Of a DNA stretch of 64,000 nucleotides, positions 36,884-46,314 are shown in pieces. The stretch comes from an uncultured bacterium (lineage in GTDB: Bacteria; Verrucomicrobiota; Kiritimatiellia; CAIKKV01; CAIJXV01): NCBI GenBank assembly GCA_903824675.1, contig CAIJXV010000093.1, positions 67,376-131,375 of the forward strand. Reading direction: 5' to 3'. A model generated the notes under the pieces. It ran no database searches and was not told where the DNA came from. It saw nothing but the letters and a program-made list of their open reading frames with translations. Both the position numbers and the translations under genes were made by a program. The number at the start of each line of letters is the position of its first letter. The stretch's first letter is position 1.

Positions 36884-39184
36884 GTGAGCCCTCAGACATC
36901 CAGTTTCCAGTCCCTTTCCGGCGATGTTTCGGTAATAGAAGGATCCGGCATGAACCGCGGTAAAGCCACCTTGGTCTCCCAAACGGAATCCCTGACTTTT
37001 GATCGAATCACCGGCCGGCTTCTGTCGTGCCGTTCTTCGGGCCCCGGCGGAGAGGAATTTATCGCCTCATCCCCCACTCATCCCGCCTGGATCCTCCAGT
37101 ATCGGCAAGGCAAAACCCTGCACCGGCTTTCATCCCGGGATGCCCGTCAAACTCAAATCAGCCTGACGAAAGAAGATGGGGTTCAAACTCTGGCGATGGC
37201 CTTCCATCACGTGGGCGGATTGAATTTATCGGTTCTCGCCACCGTCCGGGTTTCAGTTTTGGAGCCGGGAAGCCGATGGGGCCTGACCCTCGATAATCAG
37301 GCCGGCTTGGAAATTGTCGACCTCCAATTCCCGTTCATTGTCACTCGTTATGATCTCAAGGGGTCCCTGCTCATTCCCTCCTATGCCGGCAAGTTAAAAG
37401 CCCATCCATCCCCGGAGTCGCTGGAACCCGACTCTGCCGAAGCTTGGGCGTTTTCCATCGAAAACGGCAATTCGGCCCATTATCCCGGCGGGTTCTTCGC
37501 CCAATTCCTGGCTTATTACACCCGGCGCGCCGGACTCTACCTGGCCTGCGAAGATTCAATGGCCCATGTGAAACTCTTCAAAACCTTGCATTGCGAACCC
37601 GGCATCCGATTGGGTATTGCTCATGTCGGCGACTGGCCTCAACCCGGCACCCGAACCCTTGAATATTCCATCGTCCTCCGTTGCTTCAAAGGCGATTGGT
37701 ATGATGCCGCCGATCTGTATCGCACCTGGACCCTTCAACAGCACTGGGCGGTCCCGCTCCACCGCCGAACGGATATTCCGGCCTGGCTTCTCGATTCTCC
37801 CGCCTATATCTCCCTGCGCCTTCAAGGCGAACTCGATATCGGTCCGGTTTTTCCTGTCAAGGCCTTCCTCCCGTATACCAAGATTCTCCCCCACCTCGAC
37901 CGTCTTTCCCGCCAACTGCAAGCCCCGCTTGCGGTCATCCTTATGGCTTGGGAGCGGGGCGGCCCCTGGGTCTATCCGGATTGCTTCCCTCCCATAGGAG
38001 GCGATGCCGCCCTGAAGCGATTCTGCCATCTGGCCCGTCAACGCGGGTGGCGAGTCGGATCCTATTGCAACGGAACCCGCTGGGTCACACGCCACTTCTG
38101 GAATGACTACGACGGGAAAGCCTTCTTTCACAAAAACCGGGGGGATCGAAGTGTTTGCCGCACGCCTTCGGGTGAAGCCTGGCAGGAATCCTGGGACCGA
38201 ATGTGGCGCCCCAGTTATGCCTGTTGCCTGGGCGAACCGCACACCCGTCAGATCGCCGAAAAATTTGTCGCCCGGCTTTTCGGGTGGGGCATGGAGTCCA
38301 TCCAGTTTTTCGACCAGAATATGGGTGCGGCCACGTTCCCCTGTTTCGCGACCGACCACCCCCACCCTCCGGTTCCCGGCCGCTGGATGGCCGAATCCAT
38401 GCAAGCGGTCATGCGCGGCTTTAAAAAAGCCGCCCGCTCATCGCCCGCTCTCCAGGTCATCCATTCCACCGAGGCGCCCTGCAATGAAACCTGTTTACCC
38501 CTCTTCCAGGAATGCGACGTTCGCGTCATTCCTCCGGGACATGTCTCGAATTATGATTTCCTGCCCCTCTACCATTACCTCTATCACGAGTGCATCATCC
38601 TGCAAGGCGGGATGGGGATGGGGCCCGAGCCCCATCACCTGTCCACCCGTAACGCCTGTAATGCGGTTCTCGGCGAGGTCCCGGGCGCGGTCATGACCGA
38701 TGACGGGTCGCTGCTGAATCGGGACACCGGCAATTGGGCGCCCTGGAAACCCGCCGTTGGATCCCACCGCGAATCCCTGACCATGTTGCGCAATGTGCTC
38801 GCGCTTCGCCGGGGCCCCGGTCGCGACTTTTTAGTCTTCGGCCGGATGCAAAGACCGTCCCGGGTGAAAGGCATCAAAATCGAAACCTGGGAAAGCAACT
38901 CCCGGGTGAATCGCATCCCGGCGGTTTTCCATGCCGCCTGGGAAGCCCCCGATGGACGTTTGGGTATTGCCTTGGCCAACTGGACGTCTGCTCCGCAACG
39001 CCTCTTTCTCTCCGATCCGCGTTTCGGAAAATCCGTATTGATCCATCTGATCGGGGGACGCAAGAAGCCCCCTCGTCGTCTGCAGCGAAACTCAAACCAG
39101 CCGTTGACCCTTTCCATACCCGCCTGGGGCTGTTGCCTGGTCGAATCGATGCCCCCCGTTACCGGTCCTCATCGAAAAGGGTGA
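36884..39184 (+). CDS. Large cytoplasmic putative glycoside-hydrolase-like protein (DUF6259-like); start uncertain (36884 or 36950)
   Basis: 766-aa ORF with consistent codon use; GDWYDAADLYRTW, WERGGPW, FFDQ, STEAP, LYHYLYHE. No signal peptide. Confidence 0.6.
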   Translation: MSPQTSSFQSLSGDVSVIEGSGMNRGKATLVSQTESLTFDRITGRLLSCRSSGPGGEEFIASSPTHPAWILQYRQGKTLHRLSSRDARQTQISLTKEDGVQTLAMAFHHVGGLNLSVLATVRVSVLEPGSRWGLTLDNQAGLEIVDLQFPFIVTRYDLKGSLLIPSYAGKLKAHPSPESLEPDSAEAWAFSIENGNSAHYPGGFFAQFLAYYTRRAGLYLACEDSMAHVKLFKTLHCEPGIRLGIAHVGDWPQPGTRTLEYSIVLRCFKGDWYDAADLYRTWTLQQHWAVPLHRRTDIPAWLLDSPAYISLRLQGELDIGPVFPVKAFLPYTKILPHLDRLSRQLQAPLAVILMAWERGGPWVYPDCFPPIGGDAALKRFCHLARQRGWRVGSYCNGTRWVTRHFWNDYDGKAFFHKNRGDRSVCRTPSGEAWQESWDRMWRPSYACCLGEPHTRQIAEKFVARLFGWGMESIQFFDQNMGAATFPCFATDHPHPPVPGRWMAESMQAVMRGFKKAARSSPALQVIHSTEAPCNETCLPLFQECDVRVIPPGHVSNYDFLPLYHYLYHECIILQGGMGMGPEPHHLSTRNACNAVLGEVPGAVMTDDGSLLNRDTGNWAPWKPAVGSHRESLTMLRNVLALRRGPGRDFLVFGRMQRPSRVKGIKIETWESNSRVNRIPAVFHAAWEAPDGRLGIALANWTSAPQRLFLSDPRFGKSVLIHLIGGRKKPPRRLQRNSNQPLTLSIPAWGCCLVESMPPVTGPHRKG

Positions 39185-39189
39185 AACGC

Positions 39190-41049
39190 ATGTCATTATC
39201 TTCATTCTCCAGGGAAGGGATCGGAGATCCACCGTTCCAGCCGGGATATGCCTCCGTTTGGCCCCGCCGCCTTCTTCCGGTCCTGATCCTCGGTTGTACC
39301 TTGGTCAGTTTGGCCTTCTGGGGTGCCGGTATTTTCCCCGGCACGCTATTTTTCACCGCCGCCATATTGACCGCGGCCGCCGCAAGCCACGCTGTGATTC
39401 AACCCCGCGAAACTCTTTTCCCGGTTCGTCCCTGGGTCGAAATCACCATCCTCCTCATCCTTCTCGGGTGGGGACTAACCCTGCTCCCTCTGCCTCCGAT
39501 GCTTTTGGATGCATTCAAAGGTCCCCGAAGTGCCCTCTGGCATCCTGTCACGGATCTTGTTAAGGCGATTGAGGCAACCGCGCTGAAACCCGCGTCCAGC
39601 GCCGCTTCCTGGCCCACCCTCACACTTGACCGGGCGGGTACCCTGCGGGGGCTGATGCTCTTTATCGCTTGTGCCATGTCCGCCTGGCTGGCCGCCGCCA
39701 TTGAACCTCGTTTTAAAAAAGGATTCCTCCGATTTCTGCTCATCCTCGGTACCGTTGTCGCCGTGGCCGGATTTCATTCACAATGGACCTTTCCCCAGGG
39801 AAACCGGTTGTGGTGGATCTTCCCGGTGCCGCCCTCCCTCCCGGGGTCCGTTGGCGGCTTTATCAATCGCAACCATTTCGCCGGTTTTGTCGCCCTCTTC
39901 TGTCCCCTGGCCTTCGGTTTGACGGTCGGCGCCTTGCGGGATCGAAAATTTATGCCGGCTTTGGCAGCCCTTCTGACCTTACTCGTCCTGACGGCCGTCG
40001 TCTTCAACAGCCTGTCCCGGGGTGCGATGCTGGCGGCTGGCGCAGGAACCCTCGGAGTCGCGGTCCTCTTCGCACGAACCCGCATCAAAAAGCCCGTCGC
40101 CTTCCTCCTTCTGTGCGTGATGGTTGCGGGAATCAGTTTGATCGTCCTCTGCCCACCGGTCCGTTCCCGCCTTTCAGAATGGCACTCGCCCAGATCCTTA
40201 CCCAGCGCACAATCCCGCCTGAACCAGTGGCACGATGGCCTGAAAATCATTCCGGACTACCCATTGGAAGGCATTGGAGTCAACGCCTTCGGCACGGTCT
40301 ACCCCCAATATCGAGCGACCACCTCCAGCGGCACTCTCCGGTATGCTGAAAACGATTATGTTCAATTCATCGTCGAAACCGGGCTGGCCGGCGTTCTGCT
40401 GACCGCCCTGCTGGGATGGACCCTTTATCGGCGGCGGGTCCTTTTGCGGCGCGCCGCACCCTTTGATGCGGACGTGGATATCCTCGTCTGGGGAGTGGGC
40501 ATCACCGTGGCGGTCCATTCGTGCTTCGATTTTCCGCTTCGGATTCCACTCTATGCACTGACCGTGGCCACCTTTATCGGGCTGCTCTTCCGCCCCCTTC
40601 CCTTGCGATGGCCCGGTAAAATTTTAGGCGGACTTGAAACGGGGCCCAGCCTGGCCCTGCTGCCGACCCTTTGTTGCTTGATTCTGATCGGCCTGCATCC
40701 TTTTCAACGCGAGGCGCATGTCATGGATCATCCCGCCTTCCTCCAGCAAGCATCGACCCGAGATCGGCTCCGCGCCATTATTTGGAGCCCCGCCAATGCC
40801 CAAGCCTGGTTTTTTCTGGGTTGGCAAATCGGCGTGCTCAACCCGAAGGACTACCCCACTGAATACCGTCTCGCGGAACGGTGCGTTACCCGGTCCGCCC
40901 AACTCGACCCTCAAAATTACCGCATCTGGCGCCACTTGACCGCCATGCGACAGGCCTTGGACGACCGCAGCGGGGCGGAAGAAGCATGGGATAAAGCCCA
41001 CGCCTTGCGCCCCTGGGTCAGCCGGCCGGGGAAAGAGGCTCGCCCATGA
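39190..41049 (+). CDS. O-antigen ligase (Wzy_C) family membrane protein with soluble TPR-like C-terminus
   Basis: FINRNHFAG, SLSRGAML, SRLNQW, GIGVNAFGTVYP, YAENDYVQ, HSCFDFPLRIP. Confidence 0.82.
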   Translation: MSLSSFSREGIGDPPFQPGYASVWPRRLLPVLILGCTLVSLAFWGAGIFPGTLFFTAAILTAAAASHAVIQPRETLFPVRPWVEITILLILLGWGLTLLPLPPMLLDAFKGPRSALWHPVTDLVKAIEATALKPASSAASWPTLTLDRAGTLRGLMLFIACAMSAWLAAAIEPRFKKGFLRFLLILGTVVAVAGFHSQWTFPQGNRLWWIFPVPPSLPGSVGGFINRNHFAGFVALFCPLAFGLTVGALRDRKFMPALAALLTLLVLTAVVFNSLSRGAMLAAGAGTLGVAVLFARTRIKKPVAFLLLCVMVAGISLIVLCPPVRSRLSEWHSPRSLPSAQSRLNQWHDGLKIIPDYPLEGIGVNAFGTVYPQYRATTSSGTLRYAENDYVQFIVETGLAGVLLTALLGWTLYRRRVLLRRAAPFDADVDILVWGVGITVAVHSCFDFPLRIPLYALTVATFIGLLFRPLPLRWPGKILGGLETGPSLALLPTLCCLILIGLHPFQREAHVMDHPAFLQQASTRDRLRAIIWSPANAQAWFFLGWQIGVLNPKDYPTEYRLAERCVTRSAQLDPQNYRIWRHLTAMRQALDDRSGAEEAWDKAHALRPWVSRPGKEARP

Positions 41050-41795
41050 ACCCCAATCAACTGGCCTTGGGCGCGATCCTTCCTTTCGTTCTGGGGGGCC
41101 TCTTCTATCTCCTCCACCGCCACAATCGGGTCTCGGGTCACTTCTTCATCCTCTGGCCCGGCCTCATGGCCGCTGGCGCACTCTGGGCGGTTGCCCCCGA
41201 TCTGCCCCGGCTCGTCGGTGCCCATGCGCTCTACCTCCGATTAAGCCAACTCCCGATCTGCGATATTTTCTTCTGGCATTATACCATTGATCGGATCGAG
41301 TTTGATTCGCCCCTGTTCCTGGTCGCCTGGTTCAGCATGGCCTATGGCGTCATCACTGCGGTGTTGGACGCGTTAACAAGAGCCGAAAAATGGGGAAAGC
41401 ACGAAACCAGGGAATCGGCCGGCGAGAATCGGGGTGAGATGAAAGCTCCCGCCGCCATTCATTTTGCCATCGGTTGGCTGGTCGTCACGCTGGTCATGGC
41501 TCCAAATCTTTGGCGCGCCTGGACCGCCCACCGCCCCTTGGGACGATCCTTGACCCGATGGGTTATCTGGAGTGCCGTCTCGGGAATTTGGGCCATCCTT
41601 CCCAGCCTCATCAAACGCCTGGGATGGGTTCCGCCGGATCAGGCCCTGAATCTGTTCTGGGGGTATGGATGGATATCCCATTCGTCGATCGGGCACATCC
41701 AGATCGCCGGCCCAGCCATCTTGACCGCGCTTCTGGCCTTGCAATACGGCGTGATCGTGGGGTGTTATTTCCGGGCCGACGCAAAACGAAAATAA
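41046..41795 (+). CDS. Membrane protein made of two similar halves of about 120 aa
   Basis: ATGA overlap with the upstream gene. Internal similarity: WAVAPDLPRLVG/WAILPSLIKRLG, DIFFWHY/NLFWGYG, YGVITA/YGVIVG. Confidence 0.65.
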   Translation: MNPNQLALGAILPFVLGGLFYLLHRHNRVSGHFFILWPGLMAAGALWAVAPDLPRLVGAHALYLRLSQLPICDIFFWHYTIDRIEFDSPLFLVAWFSMAYGVITAVLDALTRAEKWGKHETRESAGENRGEMKAPAAIHFAIGWLVVTLVMAPNLWRAWTAHRPLGRSLTRWVIWSAVSGIWAILPSLIKRLGWVPPDQALNLFWGYGWISHSSIGHIQIAGPAILTALLALQYGVIVGCYFRADAKRK

Positions 41796-41798
41796 GAC

Positions 41799-42353
41799 CT
41801 ACCAATAGATATACGATGTGAATTCGCGACGTTCCGACGTCGAGAGTTGATTGACATCCGGCAAAATATACCGGTTTTCATGCACGTCGATCAAAACCTT
41901 GCCGTGTTCCCCATATTCTTCAGCCGAATTGGTCGACCATTGCATCATGAAGTCCCGCTCGGTTTTGTCAGCCGCCATAATCACTTTGAAGAATAGCAGA
42001 CCATATTTGTACTCGATCCCGCGAATACCGCAGATGATTTGCTCGTAATAATGTTTCACCAAACTCTCCCGGATCAGAGCTTGGGATTGAAGATCGAACT
42101 CACTCAGGTTTTCGATGATTCCGATTTCTTTTTCCTTATCGTCCGCCGTCGTGTAGCGGAGCGATATGAATTGGTCCGGATACCGGATGGGGAACATGCG
42201 CACGGCAAAAACGCCCCGGTAGAGATCATCGCCGGTCACCGCGCAATGCAATAACGAAAAGGTTCCCTCGAAGATTTTGGTTTCGGCGGGTGTGAGTCGG
42301 CGCACACCGGTTTTTTTCAGCAGCTCATCCTGATACGTATAATCGGTATTCAT
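41799..42353 (-). CDS. DUF1854 family protein
   Basis: VFAVRMFPIRYPDQFISL...EIGII...YY...I..I, LIDVHENRYILPD...LS; downstream of an ABC exporter. Confidence 0.8.
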   Translation of the reverse strand: MNTDYTYQDELLKKTGVRRLTPAETKIFEGTFSLLHCAVTGDDLYRGVFAVRMFPIRYPDQFISLRYTTADDKEKEIGIIENLSEFDLQSQALIRESLVKHYYEQIICGIRGIEYKYGLLFFKVIMAADKTERDFMMQWSTNSAEEYGEHGKVLIDVHENRYILPDVNQLSTSERREFTSYIYW

Positions 42354-42355
42354 GA

Positions 42356-44632
42356 TCAGGTCTCCAATCGGGTCAGCTGGGTCTGAATCATCACCAGTTT
42401 ATAATAAATTCCCTGTTTTTCCAGCAACTGCTCGTGCGTTCCGGATTCGGCGATACGACCGTCATCGAAAACAAAGATGATATCGGCATTCTTGAGGGTC
42501 GACAACCGGTGCGCGATCGCGATCGTCGTCCGGCCCTTGCAGATCACCGACAGGGCCTTCTGGATTTCCTGTTCAGATTCGGTGTCGACCGAGGAGGTCG
42601 CCTCATCCAAAATCAGGATCCGGGGATTGCACAGCAACGCCCGGGCGATGCTGATGCGCTGACGTTCACCGCCGGAGAGACCTGCGCCGTTTTCCCCCAG
42701 TTTGGTGTCGTAACTGGACGTTCGGCGCGCAATGAAGTCGTGCGCATTCGCCGACTTGGCGGCATCCAGGACCGCCAGGGCGTTGGCGTCTGGCCGGCCG
42801 TAGGCAATGTTGTCCGCAATGCTGGCGCGGAACAAAAAGGGCTCCTGCAACACCAACCCCACCTGCCGGTGGAGATCATCCTTGGACAGCTTGCGCACAT
42901 CGACACCGTCCAGCAAGACCTGCCCTTCGTGGACATCGTAAAAACGGCAGATCAGATTCACCAATGTGGTTTTGCCCGATCCGCTCTTGCCGACAATCCC
43001 CACGAATTGGCCGGGTTCGATTTTCATCGTAACACCCTTTAACACCGGCGTGTAAGGATCATACCCAAAGACCACATTTTTCAACTCGATGCTGCCTTCT
43101 GCCGACGGCAGCCGCACCGGATTCGGATCCTGGGACAAGGCGGAATGCGAATCCAACACTTCAAAGACCCGCTGACCGGCGGACAGAAATCCGGTCAACC
43201 AGTTGGAAAACATGGTCAGGGATGAAATCGGCCCATAGAACATCCCCACGTATCCCAGGAACGCCATCAATGTCCCCAGGGTGATGTGCTTTTCCAATAC
43301 CATCTGCCCACCGGAAAACCAGATGATCAGACCGCCCAACCCAAAAATGAATCCCATGATGGGGCCGAAAACCCCCTGGCTCATTTCCAACGACCGACGG
43401 GTATTCTGCATGTATTCCGCCGAAGCACTGAACCGTTGCTTCTCGCGCTCCTCCTGCCCGAATACCTTGACCAACCGAATCCCGTTCAACAACCCTCCCA
43501 GTAATTGATACATCTTCGACTGGCTATCGGACAACCGATAGTAGCGCGGATAAATATGCCGCCAAAAGTAGGTGGTGCCGATCGCCACGAACGGAATCGG
43601 GAGCATGACCAGCAAGGCCAGTTTCCAGTTCATGACAAACAGCATCGACCCGATCCCCAGGACCAGCAGCAGGTTCAATAAAAACCCCTGTGCCACTTGT
43701 CCGACGAAACTCTGGAAATAGTCCACGTCGTACAAAACCCGGCTCATCAGGCTCCCCACCGAATGCCGGTTGTAATACTCGACGTTCAGTCCGATCAATT
43801 TTGCCTGTAACCGCTCGCGCAGTTCTTTCGTGATCCGGGTCCCGATCAAGCTACTGATGACGGAAATACCCATATTCAAGAGCTGACGCCCCAACGACGC
43901 ACCCACCAGGACCATCAAAATGACCAACAGCATCCGGATCGCTTCCCGGTGCGCCAAGGTCACCGCGGTCGATGCCGGATTGAAAACCTGGTCGACCATC
44001 ATCCGCGTCAACATCGGCGGCACCAGATCCAACGTCACCCCCATCAACATGACGGCAAACAACAGGGATATGCTCCATTTATAAGGACGCATTAACCCCA
44101 TGGTCCGGCTGAATAACCCGCCATGCCCTTTGCATCGGGTACATTCCGCCCCACGCCCCGGCAACGGCAGTCCGCATTGCGAACAATATCGTTCGCTGGG
44201 CCGGGTCAACGCTTCCAGGCTGACCGGTTTGCCATCCACCATCCGCTTGATTTCCGCACACGTCCGTCCAAATAATTCGCGTTTGCCGTTCGTATAACGC
44301 ACCAGACTGACATAAGCGGAATCCACCATGACTTCGAGGAAGGCGCTCCCCACCGTTTGCGCGCATCGAATCTTCTGGATATCCTTGATCGCAATCGGCG
44401 ATTCCAGGGTTCCGGTTGCGGCGCCCACCCCAAAGGTCCCCAGTTGGGTCGTCCCGACCACCAGCCAAACCTCACCCACCTGTCCGTCCAAATCCAAATC
44501 GGCACAGGCGCAGAACAGACAATCCGCATCGGTGAATCCGGCCGCTTCCGCCTTGGCTCGAATCTCGGCCGGCAGACTTTTCAGGATTAAATCGGGACGG
44601 ACCACAGGGACCTTTTCTTGCTTCACAGTCAT
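42356..44632 (-). CDS. ABC exporter (TMD+NBD) with N-terminal extension and C4 zinc ribbon
   Basis: GKSGSGKT, LSGGERQR, ILDEATSSVD, IAHRLST; YCSQCGLP...CTRC before the TMD. Confidence 0.93.
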   Translation of the reverse strand: MTVKQEKVPVVRPDLILKSLPAEIRAKAEAAGFTDADCLFCACADLDLDGQVGEVWLVVGTTQLGTFGVGAATGTLESPIAIKDIQKIRCAQTVGSAFLEVMVDSAYVSLVRYTNGKRELFGRTCAEIKRMVDGKPVSLEALTRPSERYCSQCGLPLPGRGAECTRCKGHGGLFSRTMGLMRPYKWSISLLFAVMLMGVTLDLVPPMLTRMMVDQVFNPASTAVTLAHREAIRMLLVILMVLVGASLGRQLLNMGISVISSLIGTRITKELRERLQAKLIGLNVEYYNRHSVGSLMSRVLYDVDYFQSFVGQVAQGFLLNLLLVLGIGSMLFVMNWKLALLVMLPIPFVAIGTTYFWRHIYPRYYRLSDSQSKMYQLLGGLLNGIRLVKVFGQEEREKQRFSASAEYMQNTRRSLEMSQGVFGPIMGFIFGLGGLIIWFSGGQMVLEKHITLGTLMAFLGYVGMFYGPISSLTMFSNWLTGFLSAGQRVFEVLDSHSALSQDPNPVRLPSAEGSIELKNVVFGYDPYTPVLKGVTMKIEPGQFVGIVGKSGSGKTTLVNLICRFYDVHEGQVLLDGVDVRKLSKDDLHRQVGLVLQEPFLFRASIADNIAYGRPDANALAVLDAAKSANAHDFIARRTSSYDTKLGENGAGLSGGERQRISIARALLCNPRILILDEATSSVDTESEQEIQKALSVICKGRTTIAIAHRLSTLKNADIIFVFDDGRIAESGTHEQLLEKQGIYYKLVMIQTQLTRLET

Positions 44633-44884
44633 GGGCTGTCTCTCCCAAGTCGGAGACTCGCTATTTTCCGCGCGGGGAATTCTGAATCCCCCCGACACGC
44701 CGAGTTGGTTCCGACCCTTCTGCCCTCAAAAACCCCGAAATCTTGAAGGAACCGGCTGAAAATACAATCTTTTTTTGAACATTTTCGTCATGCCACTCAC
44801 AAAAAGCGCTTGCCTTTCACAGATTATCCCCCTATCAATGACGCCCATTGAGGATCATCTTTCCTCTTTATAAAGGAAATACCC

Positions 44885-46270
44885 ATGTACTCCATCGGCT
44901 GGTCATCTCGCGATATCACCCCTTCCCGGCCCGCTCTCCTTCAAGGCCAGATGCACGTCCGCATTGCCTCCTCCGCCATGGATCCGCTCACCCTTACGGC
45001 CCTCGTGATCGAAAAGCCCCGGGGCGAATGCGCCATCCTCGTTTCGTGCGATCTGGCTTATATCAGCAATTCCCTCTGGACCCGTATCCGCCAACTCATC
45101 CATAAAGCCCAGCCGGATTTCCCGACGGCTCAAATCGTTCTCAATGCCACCCATACGCATGATTCCCTGGTTTTCGATGGCGATTTCTACGCTCATCCCG
45201 GCGGCAATGTTATGACGGCCGATGAATGTGAAGCCTGGTTGGCAGACCATGCCGTGATCGCCATTCTCGATGCCTGGAATAATCGAAAGCCCCACCGGCT
45301 GGGCCACGCCTACGGCCATGCGGTCATCGGACATAACCGCTATGCGGTCTATGCCAATGGCATCGGCCAGATGTACGGCGCCACCAATCGCGAGGATTTT
45401 GATCATATCGGCGGATACACGGACCACTCCCTGGATATGTTTTTCACCTGGGATGCCACCGGCGTCCTGACCGGCGTGGCGCTCGCGATTCCCTGTCCAT
45501 CCCAGGTCGACGAACATCTGATCCAGTTCTCCGCTGATTTCTGGCATGAAATCCGGGTTGATCTCCGCGCCCGGTTCGGCGCCCATTTGCAGATCTTTCC
45601 CATCTGTTCCGCGGCCGGCGATCAGTCCCCCCACTTCCTCCTCTACAGCCGCGAGGAGGCCGAAATGCGGCGGCGACGCGGCCTTACCGAACGTCAAATC
45701 ATCGCCCGCAAGGTTGGCGAGGCCGTCGAACAAGCGCTCAGCTGCACCCCTCCGATCGCCGAGTCTGCGGAAGTTTTTGAACATTCCATCCGCAAAATGA
45801 AACTCACCGGATTGAAGATCACCCGGGACCAATGTCGTTGGGCCGAAGCCCAATTAGCGAGTTGGCGTAAAAACAATACGGATGAGGAGTCCTGGTATCC
45901 CCGGGGTTTAAAACGGGTCATTAAATCCTGGAAAAAGAAAATTCCAGCCGCGCCCTTCCCGGTCGAACTCCATGTCGTCCGCCTGGGAGATGCCGTTCTG
46001 GCCTCCAATCCCTTCGAGCTGTTTCTCGATTACGGACTGCAAATCAAGGCGCGAAGCCCTGCAGCCCAGACGGTCATCATGCAACTGGCCGGGCGCGGAA
46101 TGTACCTCCCCACCGCCCAGGCCTTGAATGCCGGCGGTTATGGCGCCAACCCCATCGTCAGCGAAGTGGGCGACGTCGGGGGACGGGAATTGGTGGAAGC
46201 GACCCTGGCCCTGATCCGTAAACAATTCAGCCCGCCCGGCGCAGTTAAAGAGCGCCCGGCGCGAAAGTAA
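44885..46270 (+). CDS. Neutral/alkaline ceramidase-like hydrolase family protein
   Basis: GWSSRDITP, DPLTLTAL, VSCDL, NATHTH, CPSQVDE, SAAGDQSP, YLPT, GGYGA. Confidence 0.6.
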   Translation: MYSIGWSSRDITPSRPALLQGQMHVRIASSAMDPLTLTALVIEKPRGECAILVSCDLAYISNSLWTRIRQLIHKAQPDFPTAQIVLNATHTHDSLVFDGDFYAHPGGNVMTADECEAWLADHAVIAILDAWNNRKPHRLGHAYGHAVIGHNRYAVYANGIGQMYGATNREDFDHIGGYTDHSLDMFFTWDATGVLTGVALAIPCPSQVDEHLIQFSADFWHEIRVDLRARFGAHLQIFPICSAAGDQSPHFLLYSREEAEMRRRRGLTERQIIARKVGEAVEQALSCTPPIAESAEVFEHSIRKMKLTGLKITRDQCRWAEAQLASWRKNNTDEESWYPRGLKRVIKSWKKKIPAAPFPVELHVVRLGDAVLASNPFELFLDYGLQIKARSPAAQTVIMQLAGRGMYLPTAQALNAGGYGANPIVSEVGDVGGRELVEATLALIRKQFSPPGAVKERPARK

Positions 46271-46314
46271 TCCGCTCTCGGCGGCAACAGATCATTTCGG
46301 CTTCAGTCAGTAAA

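Noticed and set aside
38734-39189. Long N-terminal extension of the Wzy_C ORF
   Set aside because: It overlaps the upstream 766-aa gene in another frame; the plausible start is at 39181 or 39190.
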